NCBI GenBank assembly: GCA_964016885.1
Contig: OZ024740.1
Location: 73,222,001 to 73,286,000, forward strand
DNA: 64,000 nucleotides
Source: Eledone cirrhosa
Lineage: Eukaryota
Reading direction: 5' to 3'
Shown one piece after another: positions 1-13,210 of this stretch. The notes beneath the pieces were generated by a model, which did no database searches, was not told the DNA's origin, and worked only from the letters and a program-made list of their open reading frames with translations. The position numbers were made by a program, and so were the translations under genes. Numbering within the stretch: the stretch's first letter is position 1; the number at the start of each line of letters is the position of its first letter.

Positions 1-29
1 AATAGAGTGGAAAAGATGGGAAAGACCAC

Positions 30-2155
30 TTACCGTACTTTTCGTAGAAGAGGGATGGTTTTTCCATCCCTTCTCACTTGATCGTCTGGTGAAGGGACCG
101 TTAAATCGTCCCTTCGGCTGGTCGTCGGCTCTTCTATGAGTATGTCCGAATATACTCTTCGGTTGAGTGTCCCGCCTAGGTCTCTGAAATCACCAACTGC
201 GTTGGGGAATTTCGTTTTAATGTTTGTGTATTGTTTCTGTGCTATTTTTAGCAGTCTTATGTTAGTTGGCGTTTTGATTGGTGCTGGTATTATGTAGTCG
301 TGTTGTGAAATGTCTGTGTGTTCAATTATGTAAGTCATTAGTTTCTTGTTGTGTGTATTTATTGCCGTGCATTTGTTTTTCTGGGGGTGGGGTGTGGTTC
401 TGCTATTTTCTTGTCGTTGTTGCTGGGTGTGTGTGTTTTGTTGTTGTGTTTGCGATGTTGGTGTTTGTGGTGGTGGTGTTGAAGGTGTTGTTGGCGGTGG
501 GGTTGTCGCCGGTGGTGATGGTGGTGCTAGTGTGGGTGGTGATGGTGTTGGTGGTGTTGCTGCTGTGAGTCTCTTTGCAGTAGCCTTTACCCTTTTTTCA
601 TTTCTTTCCTCCCTTTTCAAAGGCGACGATGCGCTGCTTCTGCGTTTGTGCCTTCTTACGACCTTTTGCCATCCCTCTCCCACCTCACACTCCATGTCTG
701 ATTCTGTGAGGTCGGGGAGGGGTACTAGCTCCACTCTTTCACTTGTTGTTGTTGGTGATGTTTGCACTGGAGTCTCTGTTGCAGCTGCATTTGGTATTGC
801 TGTTGTTGTTGTTAATACTTCCACTGCTGCTGCTGTTTTTGATTTCCGTGGCGTGGGTATGGGTGCCACGGACCTATCGTTCCTGGTTGCCGCTTGTCCT
901 GTTGCTGGTAGCCGTGGAGCCGGTTTCGGAAGGAGGGGGGGTTTCTCCTTTCTCAGGGTCTTCTCATTGCAGAAGGCCCTGAGGTGAGTCTTCGATCCAC
1001 AGCGAAAGCATTTCGGGCGTTTGCCCTCAACACTTATGGGCAGTTGAGTGCCATTATCGAAGTCTATCACATCCGGGATAGCTTCCATGCACTCCTGGTT
1101 GGTTTGGATTAACATCTCAATGGAGGTGCCGACCCAATCTTCTCTTACTTTTTTCTGTACTTGCAGTACAGTTGTTTTGTCCTCGATTCCGACGAGGACA
1201 GACGCGGCCAGCCAAGAAGGGGCCATCCCGGGAGGGGGGGGGGTACGTGGGTCAGTTTGACCCTCACAATTTTTTGCCCGCAGTAGGAGGGCACCAACAC
1301 CATTTCCTCGCTCCTTAGGGTCACTAAGGATTGAGCCTTTGCCTCATGGGGTGTGGCAAAAAGTACGTCTACGGTGGCATATTTCTTGCCTCGGGTGATG
1401 TGCGTTTTCCGCTGCCACACAGACCCCAAGGCTTTTTGTATTTGAGCCTCTGTTGCTCTTTCAACCCTACGGGATTTTGTACTTACTGTACAGTACGTGA
1501 CCGTACAGTGCTGTTGGGTTTCGAAAAATTTTTCCGCTGCCTTGCAGATTGCTCGGTGTCCAGTTTTTGTCACCATCTTCTTCGCTTCCTGTAATTCCTC
1601 ATTTGTTATGAGGATGGTTTCCAGGTTCTTTGCGATACCTGCAAACGAGATTGGTTTTTCTTTGATGCTGTTGTTGTTGTTGTCGTCAGAGCTGCTGTTA
1701 CTTTTGTTGTTGCTGCAGGTACTACGACTACTGCCGCCGCCGCTGTTGCTGTGGTTGTTGTTGTTGTTGCTGCTGCTGCTGTTGTTGTTGCTGCTAATGC
1801 TGTTGTTGTTTATGCTGCTGCTGATGCTGTTGCGGCTGCTACTGTTGTTTTCCTTGTCACTGTTGCTGCTGTTATTACGGCTGCTACTGCTATTATTCCT
1901 GACGTCAGACGAATGAAATGGGTTTTCGTATTTCCCGCACACTTTTTTCGTCGTTGTCGTCGTCGTGGAGAAATCTTACTCGCTTTGCACGTGATTTTTC
2001 TTTTCTGGCGTCGCTTGCGAAAGAGAAGGGAGGGAGAGAGACACATTTAGAGAAGGGAGGGTGACAGACAATCTTCTCTCTGCTGTAGTGACGATTGAGG
2101 AAGAAGAAGACGGAATGAGTGGGAGTGACCTATGAAAATTCTTTTTCGTAGCCAT
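30..2155 (-). pseudogene. Tx1/L1-clade LINE ORF1 (gag-like, CCHC zinc knuckle), disrupted
   Basis: ATG at 2155 (MATKKNF...), in-frame stop at 1976-1978, frame continues as ORF 1145..1942, then shifts at the G-run near 1231-1243 into ORF 30..1226 containing CFRCGSKTHLRAFC (C-X2-C-X4-H-X4-C) and a basic GWQKVVRRHKRR motif. ORF2 would lie beyond the window start. Confidence 0.8.
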
Positions 2156-2355
2156 GCTGTTTTTTTGTTTAAAATAAATATTGGGCACAAAACCCCAATA
2201 GGCGGTTATTTAACCCCGAAGGGCCAAATAAGGGACAGAAAGACCCCTCTCACGAGGAGGAGGGGGTTTTTGTCTACAAGTTGGTTAAAGTTTTAAACAA
2301 TTTACAATTGTTATAGCGGTCAAAATTTACAATACCTTACAGAGCCGAGCCTCCG
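2156..2355 (-). mobile_element. 5' UTR of the Tx1-like LINE, with several hairpins
   Basis: Directly upstream of the ORF1 ATG; hairpins such as ttatttggcccttcggggttaaataa and tattggggttttgtgcccaata on the minus strand; resembles 53855-54110. Confidence 0.5.
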
Positions 2356-2370
2356 TCAACCATAGCATTC

Positions 2371-2398
<28 letters not shown>

Positions 2399-2401
<3 letters not shown>

Positions 2402-4098
2402 GAGTTAACATCAACTGGAGAATCCTTGGGAAGCGTGAAGATCAAGAGAGGTATCTTCCAGGGAGATAGTCTGTCCCCTCTGTTGTTTGTCCTTGCCCTG
2501 ATGCCCCTGACCAGTGTGCTGCGAAAAGTGAGAGCAGGATACAGGTTGGGAAAGGGAGGGCTTACCATCAATCACCTCCTCTTCATGGACGATCTTAAGC
2601 TCTTCGGGAAGAGTGAGAAGGAGTTGGATGTGCTTGTTGACACTGTCCGTATTTTCAGCAATGATATATGTATGCAATTTGGTATTAGTAAGTGTGGAGT
2701 CATTGTGATGAAGAGGGGTAAGTTGAGCAGAAGTAACGGAATCAAGGTACCAACAGGTGAGATGATAAAGGAAATTGACTCTGAAGAAGGATACAAGTAT
2801 TTGGGTGTTCTGGAGGCTGATGACATCAAGAACAAAAAAAATGAAGGAATTGATAAGAACTGAATACATTCGGAGAGTAAGGAGCGTATTAAAGTCACAT
2901 CTGAACAGTAGGAATGCCATAAGTGCAGTAAATTCCCGAGATGTGTCTATTATTAGGTACAGTGCGGGAATTCTGAGATGGAATGTTGCTGAACAAAAGA
3001 AATGGATAGGAAGACTAGGAAGCTATTGACTATCTACAACATGTTCCACAAGAGGAGTGATGTCGATAGACTCTACTTAAGGAGATCTGAAGGTGGAAGA
3101 GGTCTTATCAGCATAGAGGACTGTGTTCAGATGGAGAAAAACAAGCTACACAAATACGTGACTGATAGTAAGGAGCCAATGCTCAGAACTGTACTGAAGG
3201 AGGGGACAATAGGCCAGGGGATGTCCAAGGAGGAAATAATATCAAGGAGAAAGAGCAGCCTTCATGAAAAATCCCTTCATAGTAGCTTCTTTGAGAAAAC
3301 TGAATTTAGAGATCCACAGCCATGGAACTGGTTGAAAAGAGGAGACCTTAAAAAGGCTACAGAAGGAATGTTAATGGCTGCGCAGGAGCAGGCCCTCAAA
3401 ACGAAGTGGTTGAAACACCATATTTACAAGGAGGAGGCTAGCCCACTGTGCAGGATCTGTGGAGAGAGAGAGAGGAGACTGTGGCTCACATTGTATCCGA
3501 GTGTAAACACCTAGCCCAGACTCACTACAAGGGCTGGAGACATGATGTGATGGGCAGGGTGATCCACTGGCACCTATGCAAAGTAAACAATTTACCACAT
3601 TCTGAGAAGTGGTATGAGCATAAGCCAGAGTCGGTGATAGAAAACGATCAGGTGAAGGTGCTGTGGGATTTTAGGATACAGACGGACAAGAAACTGGAAC
3701 ACAATAGACCTGACCTGGTGGTTGTGGACAAAGAAAAAAGATCGTACCTGATTGTGGATGTGGCCTGCCCATTCGACACGAGAGTACAAGAGAAGGAGAG
3801 GGAGAAAATTAACCGATACCAGGACTTAAAGTGGGAGGTAAAAAGGATTTGTAACTGCCATGAAGTCAAAGTGACCCCGATTGTCATAGGCGCACTAGGG
3901 ACTATCTCAAAAAGTTTTCAGGGGTGGTTAAAGAAAATTGGCCCCTTCACGCTTTTTGGAACGCTTCAAAAGGCATGCTTGCTGGGAACAGCAAGAACCC
4001 TCCGATACGTCCTGAATATCTGAGGCTGCAGGTAGTGGCTTGATATTCATTTCAACAAACTTTCCAGTTAACTAACATCAATGACTGAGACTCAAAGA
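2399..4098 (+). mobile_element. 5'-truncated R4/Dong-type non-LTR retrotransposon (RT C-terminal half, CCHC, restriction-like endonuclease), frameshifted
   Basis: RT motifs IKRGIFQGDSLSPLLF and HLLFMDDLKLF; GGRGL; CRICGE..ETVAHIVSEC zinc knuckle; RPDLVVVD...LIVDVACPFD...KINRY RLE motif; frameshifts near 2833-2841, 3000 and 3464-3475; (AAT)n at 2371-2398 and (TAA)n at 4099-4151 on both flanks. Confidence 0.92.
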
Positions 4099-4151
<53 letters not shown>

Positions 4152-4152
<1 letters not shown>

Positions 4153-4285
4153 TTTTCTTTATTAACCACAAGGGATTACATAAAGTAGACATTAAGGACA
4201 GTACAGGACAATACAGGACGGTACAAATGGACATTTCTGCGTGTAAAAAAAAACAGAGGATGTAATAAAATAACAAAGAAAAATA
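4152..4285 (-). mobile_element. Tx1-like LINE 3' tail fragment
   Basis: Minus strand ends cccttgtggttaataaagaaaac, the same terminus as 55485-55505 (cccttgtggccaataaa) and 62660-62690. Confidence 0.6.
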
Positions 4286-4640
4286 AAAGAGTTCCGTGTA
4301 TTTTATATACTCTTTTAACCATCTTTTGATCTTATATTATTTATACTCCAGTCATATAAACTGTTGAGTGCTACTTATCCGATATTTCAGTTTCAGAAGA
4401 TCCCGTTAAGGGTGAAAGCAGCGATTCTTTGCTTAAACTTTAATCTGTTATTTTAATAAATATATATATATATGTGTGTAGGAGGTGAGTTTTATTGTAG
4501 CACAATAAAGCAATGCAAATATCGGATAAGTAGCACTCAACAGTTTATAGGACTGGAGTATAAATAATATAAGATCAAAAGATGGTTAAAAGAGTATATA
4601 AAATACATGAAACTCTTTTAACCATCTTTTGATCTTATAT
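4285..4640. mobile_element. Fold-back non-coding element; about 100-bp inverted arms (4285-4387 / 4518-4619) around a hammerhead motif
   Basis: Arms are near-perfect reverse complements; an extra terminal hairpin lies at 4568-4640; the same family recurs at 47745-47945. Confidence 0.75.
4389..4439 (+). ncRNA. Type I hammerhead ribozyme motif, core mutated (CAGAAGA)
   Basis: AGUUU-CAGAAGA-UCCC GUUAA GGGU-GAAA-GCA(GCGAUUCUU)UGC-UU-AAACU; stems I, II and III all pair. Confidence 0.65.
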
Positions 4641-4869
4641 ATATATATATATATATATATCCACCTCCAAACCCTCACCTTTCCTCTGTCTCTTTGTCTA
4701 TCTCGCCCACCCCTCCTCTCACTCTCACTCTCACTCTCACTCTCTCTCTTTCTCCCCCTCTCATACTCTCTCTTTCTTTCTCCCCCCCCCCTCCTCTCTT
4801 TCCCTCTCTAACTCCAGATGTGCAATCACTGAACCTGTTTTGCCTGAAGCTGTACTACAAGGTTTTTGA

Positions 4870-6853
4870 TTTCAACCACACCATCAACAACAATCACACT
4901 AACAACAACACCACCGCCAACAACAACACCACCAGCAACAACGACACCAACAACACCACCGCCAACAACACCAACAGCACCACCAGCAACAACAACACCA
5001 ACAACACCACCGCCAACAACAACAACACCAGCAACAACAACAACACCAACAACAACACCACCACCAACAACAACAACAACACCACCAACAACAACAACAA
5101 CACCAACAACTACAACACCAACACCACCAACAACAACAACACCACCAACAACACCAACAACACCACCACCAACAACACCAACAACAACACCAACAACAAC
5201 ACCACCAACAACTACAACACCAGCACCACCAACAACAACACCAACAACACCAACAACAACAACACCAACAACAACAACACCAACAACACCAACAACAACA
5301 ACACCAACAACAACAACACCGCCAACAACGACACCACCAACAACAACAACACCACCACCAACAACAACAACAACAACACCAACAACAACACCAACAACAA
5401 CACCAACAACAACAACACCAACAACTACAACACCACCACCACCAACACCACCAACAACAACAACAACAACACCAACAACAACAACAACAACAACAACAAC
5501 ACCACCAACAACAACACCAACAACAACACCAACAACAACACCAACAACAACAACAACAACACCAACAACAACAACACCAACAACAACAACATCAACAACA
5601 ACACCAACAACAACACCAACAACAACACCAACAACAACACCAACAACAACTACAACACCAGCACCACCAACAACAACACCAACAACACCAACAACAACGA
5701 CACCAACAACAACAACACCAACAACACCAACAACAACAACACCAACAACAACAACACCAACAACAACAACAACTACAACAACAATAACACCACCACCACC
5801 ATCATCATCAACAACAACACCAACAACAACACCAACAACAACACCAACAACAACTACAACACCAGCACCACCAACAACAACAACAACACCAACAACAACA
5901 CCAACAACAACACCAACAACAACACCAACAACAACTACAACACCAGCACCACCAACAACAACAACAACACCAACAACAACACCAACAACAACACCAACAA
6001 CAACACCAACAACACCAACAACAACGACACCAACAACAACAACACCAACAACACCAACAACAACAACACCAACAACAACAACACCAACAACAACAACACC
6101 GCCAACAACGACACCACCAACAACAACAACACCACCACCAACAACAACAACAACAACACCAACAACAACACCAACAACAACACCAACAACAACACCAACA
6201 ACAACTACAACACCAGCACCACCACCAACACCACCACCAACAACAACAACAACAACACCAACAACAACACCAACAACAACACCAACAACAACAACACCAA
6301 CAACTACAACACCACCACCACCAACACCACCAACAACAACAACAACAACACCAACAACAACACCAACAACAACACCAGCAACAACAACACCAACAACAAC
6401 ACCACAACCAACAACTACAAAACCACCACCAACAACAACTACAACAACAATAACACCACCACCACCATCATCATCAACAACAACACCAACAACAACACCA
6501 ACAACAACACCAACAACAACTACAACACCAGCACCACCAACAACAACAACAACACCAACAACAACACCAACAACAACACCAACAACAACACCAACAACAA
6601 CTACAACACCAGCACCACCAACAACAACACCAACAACACCAACAACAACGACACCAACAACAACAACACCAACAACAACACCGCCAACAACGACACCACC
6701 AACAACAACAACACCACCACCAACAACAACAACAACAACACCAACAACAACACCAACAACAACACCAACAACAACACCAACAACTACAACACCACCACCA
6801 CCAACACCACCAACAACAACACCAACACCACCAACAACAACAACAACAACACC

Positions 6854-6884
<31 letters not shown>

Positions 6885-7655
6885 CCAACAACAACACCAA
6901 CAACAACACCAACAACAACACCAGCAACACCAACAGCAACTACAACACCAGCACCACCAACAACAACACCAGCACCACCAACAACAACACCAACAACACC
7001 AACAACAACGACACCAACAACAACAACACCAACAACACCAACAACAACAACACCAACAACAACAACACCAACAACAACAACACCAACAACAACAACACCA
7101 CCAACAACAACAACACCACCACCAACAACAACACCAACAACACCAACAACAACACCAACAACAACACCAACAACAACAACACCAACAACAACACCAGCAA
7201 CAACAACACCAACAACAACACCACAACCAACAACTACAAAACCACCACCAACAACAACAACACCACCACCAACAACAACACCAACAACAACACCAACAAC
7301 AACACCAACAACAACAACACCAACAACAACACCAGCAACAACAACACCAACAACAACACCACAACCAACAACTACAAAACCACCACCAACAACAACTACA
7401 ACAACAATAACACCACCACCACCATCATCATCAACAACAACAACAACAAAAACAACACAACCACCAACAACAACAACACCACCACCAACAACAACAACAA
7501 CTACAACACTACCACCCCATCAACAACAACTACTACAACACCACCACCTCCACCACCAACAACTACAACCCCACCACCACCAACAACAACAACAGCAGCT
7601 ACAACACACCCACCCCGACCACACCACCACCACCAACAACAACAGCAACAACAAC
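4870..7655 (+). repeat. Complex (AAC/ACC)n trinucleotide array with internal block duplications; open as Thr/Pro-rich (932 aa) and Asn/Thr-rich (997 aa) frames
   Basis: Direct reading of the sequence; rare-variant blocks (gccaacaacgacacc, aataacaccaccaccaccatcatcatc) recur. Confidence 0.9.
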
Positions 7656-8099
7656 GTTCTCTGAAAACCTTCCACAGATATCATTAGAAAGAACCGACAG
7701 ACTTGTGCTTCTAGGATATAAATGAATGGTGGAAAACGCCTCAATTTCTGTTCACTAATGAGCGGCTATTGTTAGTTTGTCTGATTCACATGATAGGCTT
7801 GAGTAGGTATGCGTGTAGAATGAAAACCAGACCAGAATCTATGTGATGCGATGTGATGTGATGTGATGAACAGGCAAATAACAACTAGCATTCTAACATT
7901 CTATTAATCTATCAATCTATTAATCTTTCAATCTGTCATCCTATCATTCTTTTTCATATCTTCATTCTAGCTTTCTCTCTCTCCCTTTCTCTCTCTCCCC
8001 CTCTCTCTCGCTCTCTCTCTCTCTCTCTCACTTACTCTTTCTCTCTCCTTCGCTCTACTCTTCTCTCTCTCTCTCTCCCTCTCTCCCTCTTTCTTCCTA

Positions 8100-8182
<83 letters not shown>

Positions 8183-8375
8183 GTCTCACTTCCTGTCTGT
8201 CTCTCTGTCTCAGCTTGTCTCTCCTCCTCCTTCTCTTCACCCCCCCCCCCCCCACACACACATATACATATTTCTATCTTGACGATGACTGCCAGTTTTA
8301 TTTGTCTTTTTTGTTTTCTTTTTAAATTGTTTCATATTCTATTTCCATGTAATTATTGTTGTTGTTGTCGTTGAG

Positions 8376-9425
8376 GTGACAACATTTATGGCGGTGGTGG
8401 TGACAACGACGATGGCGGCGGTGGTGGTGGTGACAACGACGATGGCGGCGGTGGTGGTGGTGACAACGACGGTGGCGGTGGTGGTGGTGACAACGACGGT
8501 GGCGGTGGTGGTGGTGGTGACAACGACGATGGCGGCGGTGGTGGTGGTGACAACGACGGTGGCGGTGGTGGTGGTGACAACGACGGTGGCGGTGGTGGTG
8601 GTGACAACGACGGTGGCGGCGGTGGTGGTGGTGACAACGACGATGGCGGCGGTGGTGGTGGTGACAACGACGGTGGCGGTGGTGGTGGTGACAACGACGG
8701 TGGCGGTGGTGGTGGTGACAACGACGGTGGCGGTGGTGGTGGTGACAACGACGGTGGCGGTGGTGGTGACAACGACGGTGGCGGTGGTGGTGGTGACAAC
8801 GACGGTGGTGGTGGTGGTGGTGGTGGAGGTGGTGGTGGTGGTGGTGGTGGTGGCGGTGGTGGTGGAGGTGATGGTGGCGGTGGTGGTGGTGGTGGTGGTG
8901 GTGGTGGTGGTGGTGGTGGTGGTGGAGGTGGTGGTGGAGGTGATGGTGGCGGTGGTGGTGGTGGTGGTGGTGGTGGTGGTGGTGGTGGTGGTGGTGGAGG
9001 TGGTGGTGGTGGTGGTGGTGGTGGAGGAGGTGGTGGAGGTGGTGGTGGTGGTGGAGGTGATGGTGGCGGTGGTGGTGGTGGTGGTGGTGGTGGTGGTGGT
9101 GGTGGTGGAGGAGGTGGTGGAGGTGGTGGTGGTGGTGGTGGTGGAGGTGGTGGAGGTGGTGGTGGAGGTGGTGGTGGTGGTGGTGGTGGTGGTGGTGGTG
9201 GTGGTGGTGGTGGAGGTGGTGGTGGTGGAGGTGGTGGTGGTCGTGGTGGTGGTGGTGGAGGTGGTGGTGGTGGTGGTGGTGGTGGAGGTGGTGGTGGTGG
9301 TGGTGGTGGTGGTGGTGGTGGTGGTGGTGGAGGTGGAGGTGGTGGTGGTGGTGGTGGTGGTGGTGGTGGTGGTGGTGGTGGTGGTGGAGGTGGTGGAGGT
9401 GGTGGTGGAGGTGGTGGTGGTTGTG
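8376..9425 (+). repeat. Minisatellite of about 24-30 bp (ggtggtggtgacaacgacggtggc) grading into (GGT)n/(GGA)
   Basis: Direct tandem periodicity. Confidence 0.9.
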
Positions 9426-9689
9426 GTGATAATGATGAAATTCAGTTTCTGTTGGTAGCGCTAATAAATAAATAAATACAAAACCAGGAGGGAGTGAAAG
9501 TTCTTTAAATCGCCCCCAGTACTTGACTGGTACTTATTTTTGTCGATCCCGGCTGGGATGAAAGGCTAAGTTGACCTTAGCGTAAAGCACATCTATCCGG
9601 CGCTCTATTAATTGTGCCAATCCTAAAAAACAACAATCATCATCATCGTCGTCATCGTCATCGTCATCATCATCATCTTCGTCATCAAC

Positions 9690-9958
9690 CAAGGTGTTTT
9701 TGTGGAAGACCAGTAGTCATCCATGCATACCAGTACCCCCCCCCCCTCTCGATGCCGCCTATGTTGTCCAAAGGAAAGGCAATGGCCGAAACAGCTTGAC
9801 ACCAGTGACTTCGCAACTCATTTCTACAGCTGAGTAAACTGGAGCAACGTGACATAAAGTGTCTTGCTCAAGGACACAACGCCTCCATCAGCAATCCTGG
9901 AATCGAAATCACAACCTCAGAATTGTGAATCCAACTCTCTAACCACCAAGCCACACAT
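9690..9958 (-). mobile_element. tRNA-derived SINE, family B
   Basis: agctgagtaaactggagcaacgtg...aagtgtcttgctcaaggacacaacgc...ggaatcgaa (B box on the minus strand); second copy at 40235-40545. Confidence 0.7.
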
Positions 9959-10000
9959 CTTTACAAAATCGAGTCAACAGCAGCATTATTAACTCCTTCA

Positions 10001-10180
10001 CGGTGAATTGGCAGTATCTGTGGGGAGTCGGACGCCATGCTTTCCAGCATAGTTACGTCCCTTTACGGTCTGCGTTCAAATCCCGTCGAGGTTAACTTTG
10101 CCTTACGGGGTCGATAAAATAAAGTACCAGTAATGTACTGAGTATTTGCTGGCCGTGTGCCAAAAGTAGATACAATTATT
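10001..10180 (+). mobile_element. tRNA-derived SINE, family A
   Basis: ggtgaattggcag head, GTTCAAATCC B box, conserved aactttgcctt...ggggtcgataaaataaagtaccagt body and aattatt tail. Further copies near 9513-9622(-), 10650-10790, 12055-12190(-), 16480-16625, 51570-51755 and 52015-52205. Confidence 0.85.
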
Positions 10181-10550
10181 AATTCCTTCAGGCACTTAAC
10201 CTCGTCCTAATGTAAAGGATATTCCTCAACTCAGTCCTACTCTAGTTCTCCTTTTTCTATTTGACGCTAGCTCGATAGTGAGGAGAAGGAAAACAGCTGA
10301 CATTTCCAATACAATATAGAGAGCAAGGAGAAAATAAGTACCAGACTTTTAAAAAGTATTGGAGTTGATATGATCGACTAAATACATTGAAAGCGGTGTC
10401 CCAGCATGGCCACAAGCTGAAACCAGTAAAAGAATTAAATAGATGTAACACTTAATACCATAATTATTTCGTCTGAGACAGTTTCTACCCAATCCATCGC
10501 ACTTATTTTATACCGTTTTCTCTCTCTCTCTCTCTATATATATATATAAA

Positions 10551-10649
<99 letters not shown>

Positions 10650-11156
10650 GCGGTGAATTGACAGAGTTGTTTAATGAGTTGGATAAAAATTCGTTCCGGC
10701 TTCTCTCTCTGCACCATGAGTTCAAATCCTACCTCAGCCAACTTAGTCTTTCACACTTCCTTTTGGGGTTGATAAATAAAGTAGCAATCCAGTGGGCAGG
10801 GGGTTAGCGGTGTTATTAAAAGGTGTCGGGTGGAATGCTTAACAATATCTGTTCTAGCTCTGTATTTTCTCAGTTCAAATGTCGCCTCCGGAGAAAGCTG
10901 TAACACTTCTGCCAGGAATTGTGACTAAGCAGATAGGATTAACAATGGAAAAACCGATGGAATGGAAACATAGTTTCTTAGCTACGATCTGACGATCAGA
11001 CGATTGGCTTCTTTACTTTTTCATTTTTTGCTTCGTTAATGAATCAAAATTTGTTACGAAATATTGTGTATGTATATATACATATATATATATATATGTA
11101 AGTGTGTGTGGATGGGGTGTGTACGTGTTTATGTATACACACATATACATACATAC

Positions 11157-11205
<49 letters not shown>

Positions 11206-11231
11206 CATATATATATACGTATATATATATG

Positions 11232-11297
<66 letters not shown>

Positions 11298-11358
11298 CAT
11301 ATATATATATATTATACATATATATATATATATATATATACGTATATATATATGTATA

Positions 11359-11390
<32 letters not shown>

Positions 11391-11422
11391 CATATATATA
11401 TATATACGTATATATATATATG

Positions 11423-11472
<50 letters not shown>

Positions 11473-11526
11473 CATATAAATATATATACGTACATACATA
11501 CATACATACATACATACATACATACA

Positions 11527-11559
<33 letters not shown>

Positions 11560-12210
11560 TACAAATTGCCGAAGCGTTCAAGAATTTCAACAGGAATTGC
11601 ATTGTTTGATTTTCTCTGCAACCAGCAGCACTGTCGGTGTTGTCAGTCCTCTAATTGTATTGGCAGAGAAATATTTGCTGTTCTTCTTGTTGTTTGACAT
11701 CCCAACAACAACAACGTTAAATAATTTTGTGAATAACAACTTCACCATCGTTAACTTGAACTTGCCGCTAACTGGTTTACAGTCTTCCTATTTCATTTGT
11801 AGAAGCTGTGGGGCTATCTTAGTGTCTTTTATTTTAGAGAGAGGGGGAAAGAAATAGAGAGAGAGAGGGGAGAGCGGGGAGGAGAGTAAAATACTGAAGA
11901 GCACTTGACTGTTAATGGGATCGTAAGGGCGCCATCCTGAGACACGGCGCGTTTGAACATTTAGACCAGATAGAGCCTATCCTGCTCCATGCCCGAACAG
12001 AGAAATAAGGGAAGAAAGAGAAAATGAGAAAGAGAGATAGAGAAAGAACCAACTTCAGTACTGGACTGGTACTTGATTTATCGACCACGAAAAGTTGACC
12101 TCGGTTGGATTTGAACTCTGAGTGCAGTGAAACGTGGCAAATACCGATATACTTTTAATCCGACGCCATCTGCACTCCGAGTTCAAAACTTGTGTTGTTG
12201 TTATTGCTAT

Positions 12211-12940
12211 TGGTGGTGGTGGTGATGGTGGTGGTGGTGGTGGTGGTGGTGGTGGTGGTAGTGGTGGTGGTGGTGGTGGTGGTAGTGGTGGTGGTGGTGG
12301 TAGTTGTGGTGGTGGTGGTGGCGGTGGTGGTGGTAGTGGTGGTGGTGGTGGTGGTAGTGGTGGTGGTGGTGGTGGTGGTGGTAGTGGTGGTGGTGGTAGT
12401 GGTGGTGGTGGTGGTGGTGGTAGTGGTGGTGGTGGTGGTGGTGGTGGCGGTGGTGGTGGTGGTGGTAGTGGTGATGGTGGTAGTGGTAGTGGTGGTGGTG
12501 GTAGTAGTGGTGGTGGTGGTAGTGGTGGTGGTGGTAGTGGTGGTGGTGGTGGTGGTAGTGGTGGTGGTGGTGGTAGTGGTGGTGGTGGTAGTGGTGGTGG
12601 TGGTGGTGGTAGTTGTGGTGATGGTAATAGTGGTTGTGGTGGCGGTGGTGGTGGTGGTAGTGGTTGTGGTAGTGGTGGTGGTGATGGTAATGGTGGTTGT
12701 GGTGGCGGTGGTGGTAATTTAGGTGGTGGTGGTGGTAGTGGTTGTGGTAGTGGTGTGGCGGTGGTGGTGGTAGTGGTTGTGGTAGTGGTGTGGTGGTGGT
12801 GGTGGTGGTAGTGGTTGTGGTAGTGGTGTGGTGGTGGTGGTGGTGGTAGTGGTGGTGGTAGTGGTGTGGTGGTGGTGGTAGTGGTTGTGGTGGTAATGGA
12901 GGTGGTGGTGGTGGTAGTGGTCGTGGTAATGTTGGTGTTG
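12211..12940 (+). repeat. (GGT)n/(AGT) degenerate trinucleotide tract
   Basis: Direct reading. Confidence 0.9.
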
Positions 12941-13022
12941 GTGGTAGTGTTGCTGCTGCTGCTGTCCTTGTTGCTGTTTGTTGCTGTTGTTGTAGTTGTT
13001 GTTGACATAGATTCTTACTGCC

Positions 13023-13210
13023 ATTGAATTAGCAGTATCGGTAGAGGGTTGGACGCCATGTTTTCTAACATAGTTACGTCCCTTTACAGTCTGAGTTCAA
13101 ATCCCGCCGAGGTTAACTTTGCCTTTCATCCTTACGGGGTCGATAAAATAAAGTACCAGTAATGTACTGGGTAATTGCTGGCCTTGTGCCTAAAGTAGAA
13201 ACAATTATTA
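13023..13210 (+). mobile_element. SINE family A, near full length
   Basis: Close match to 10001-10180, 55522-55680 and 60323-60508. Confidence 0.85.

Noticed and set aside
10001-10100. tRNA gene
   Set aside because: A and B boxes are present but there is no cloverleaf; it is the head of a multi-copy SINE.
11620-11700. HCRCCQ motif resembling a mucin cystine knot
   Set aside because: The other knot cysteines are absent and the two copies diverge right after; probably chance.
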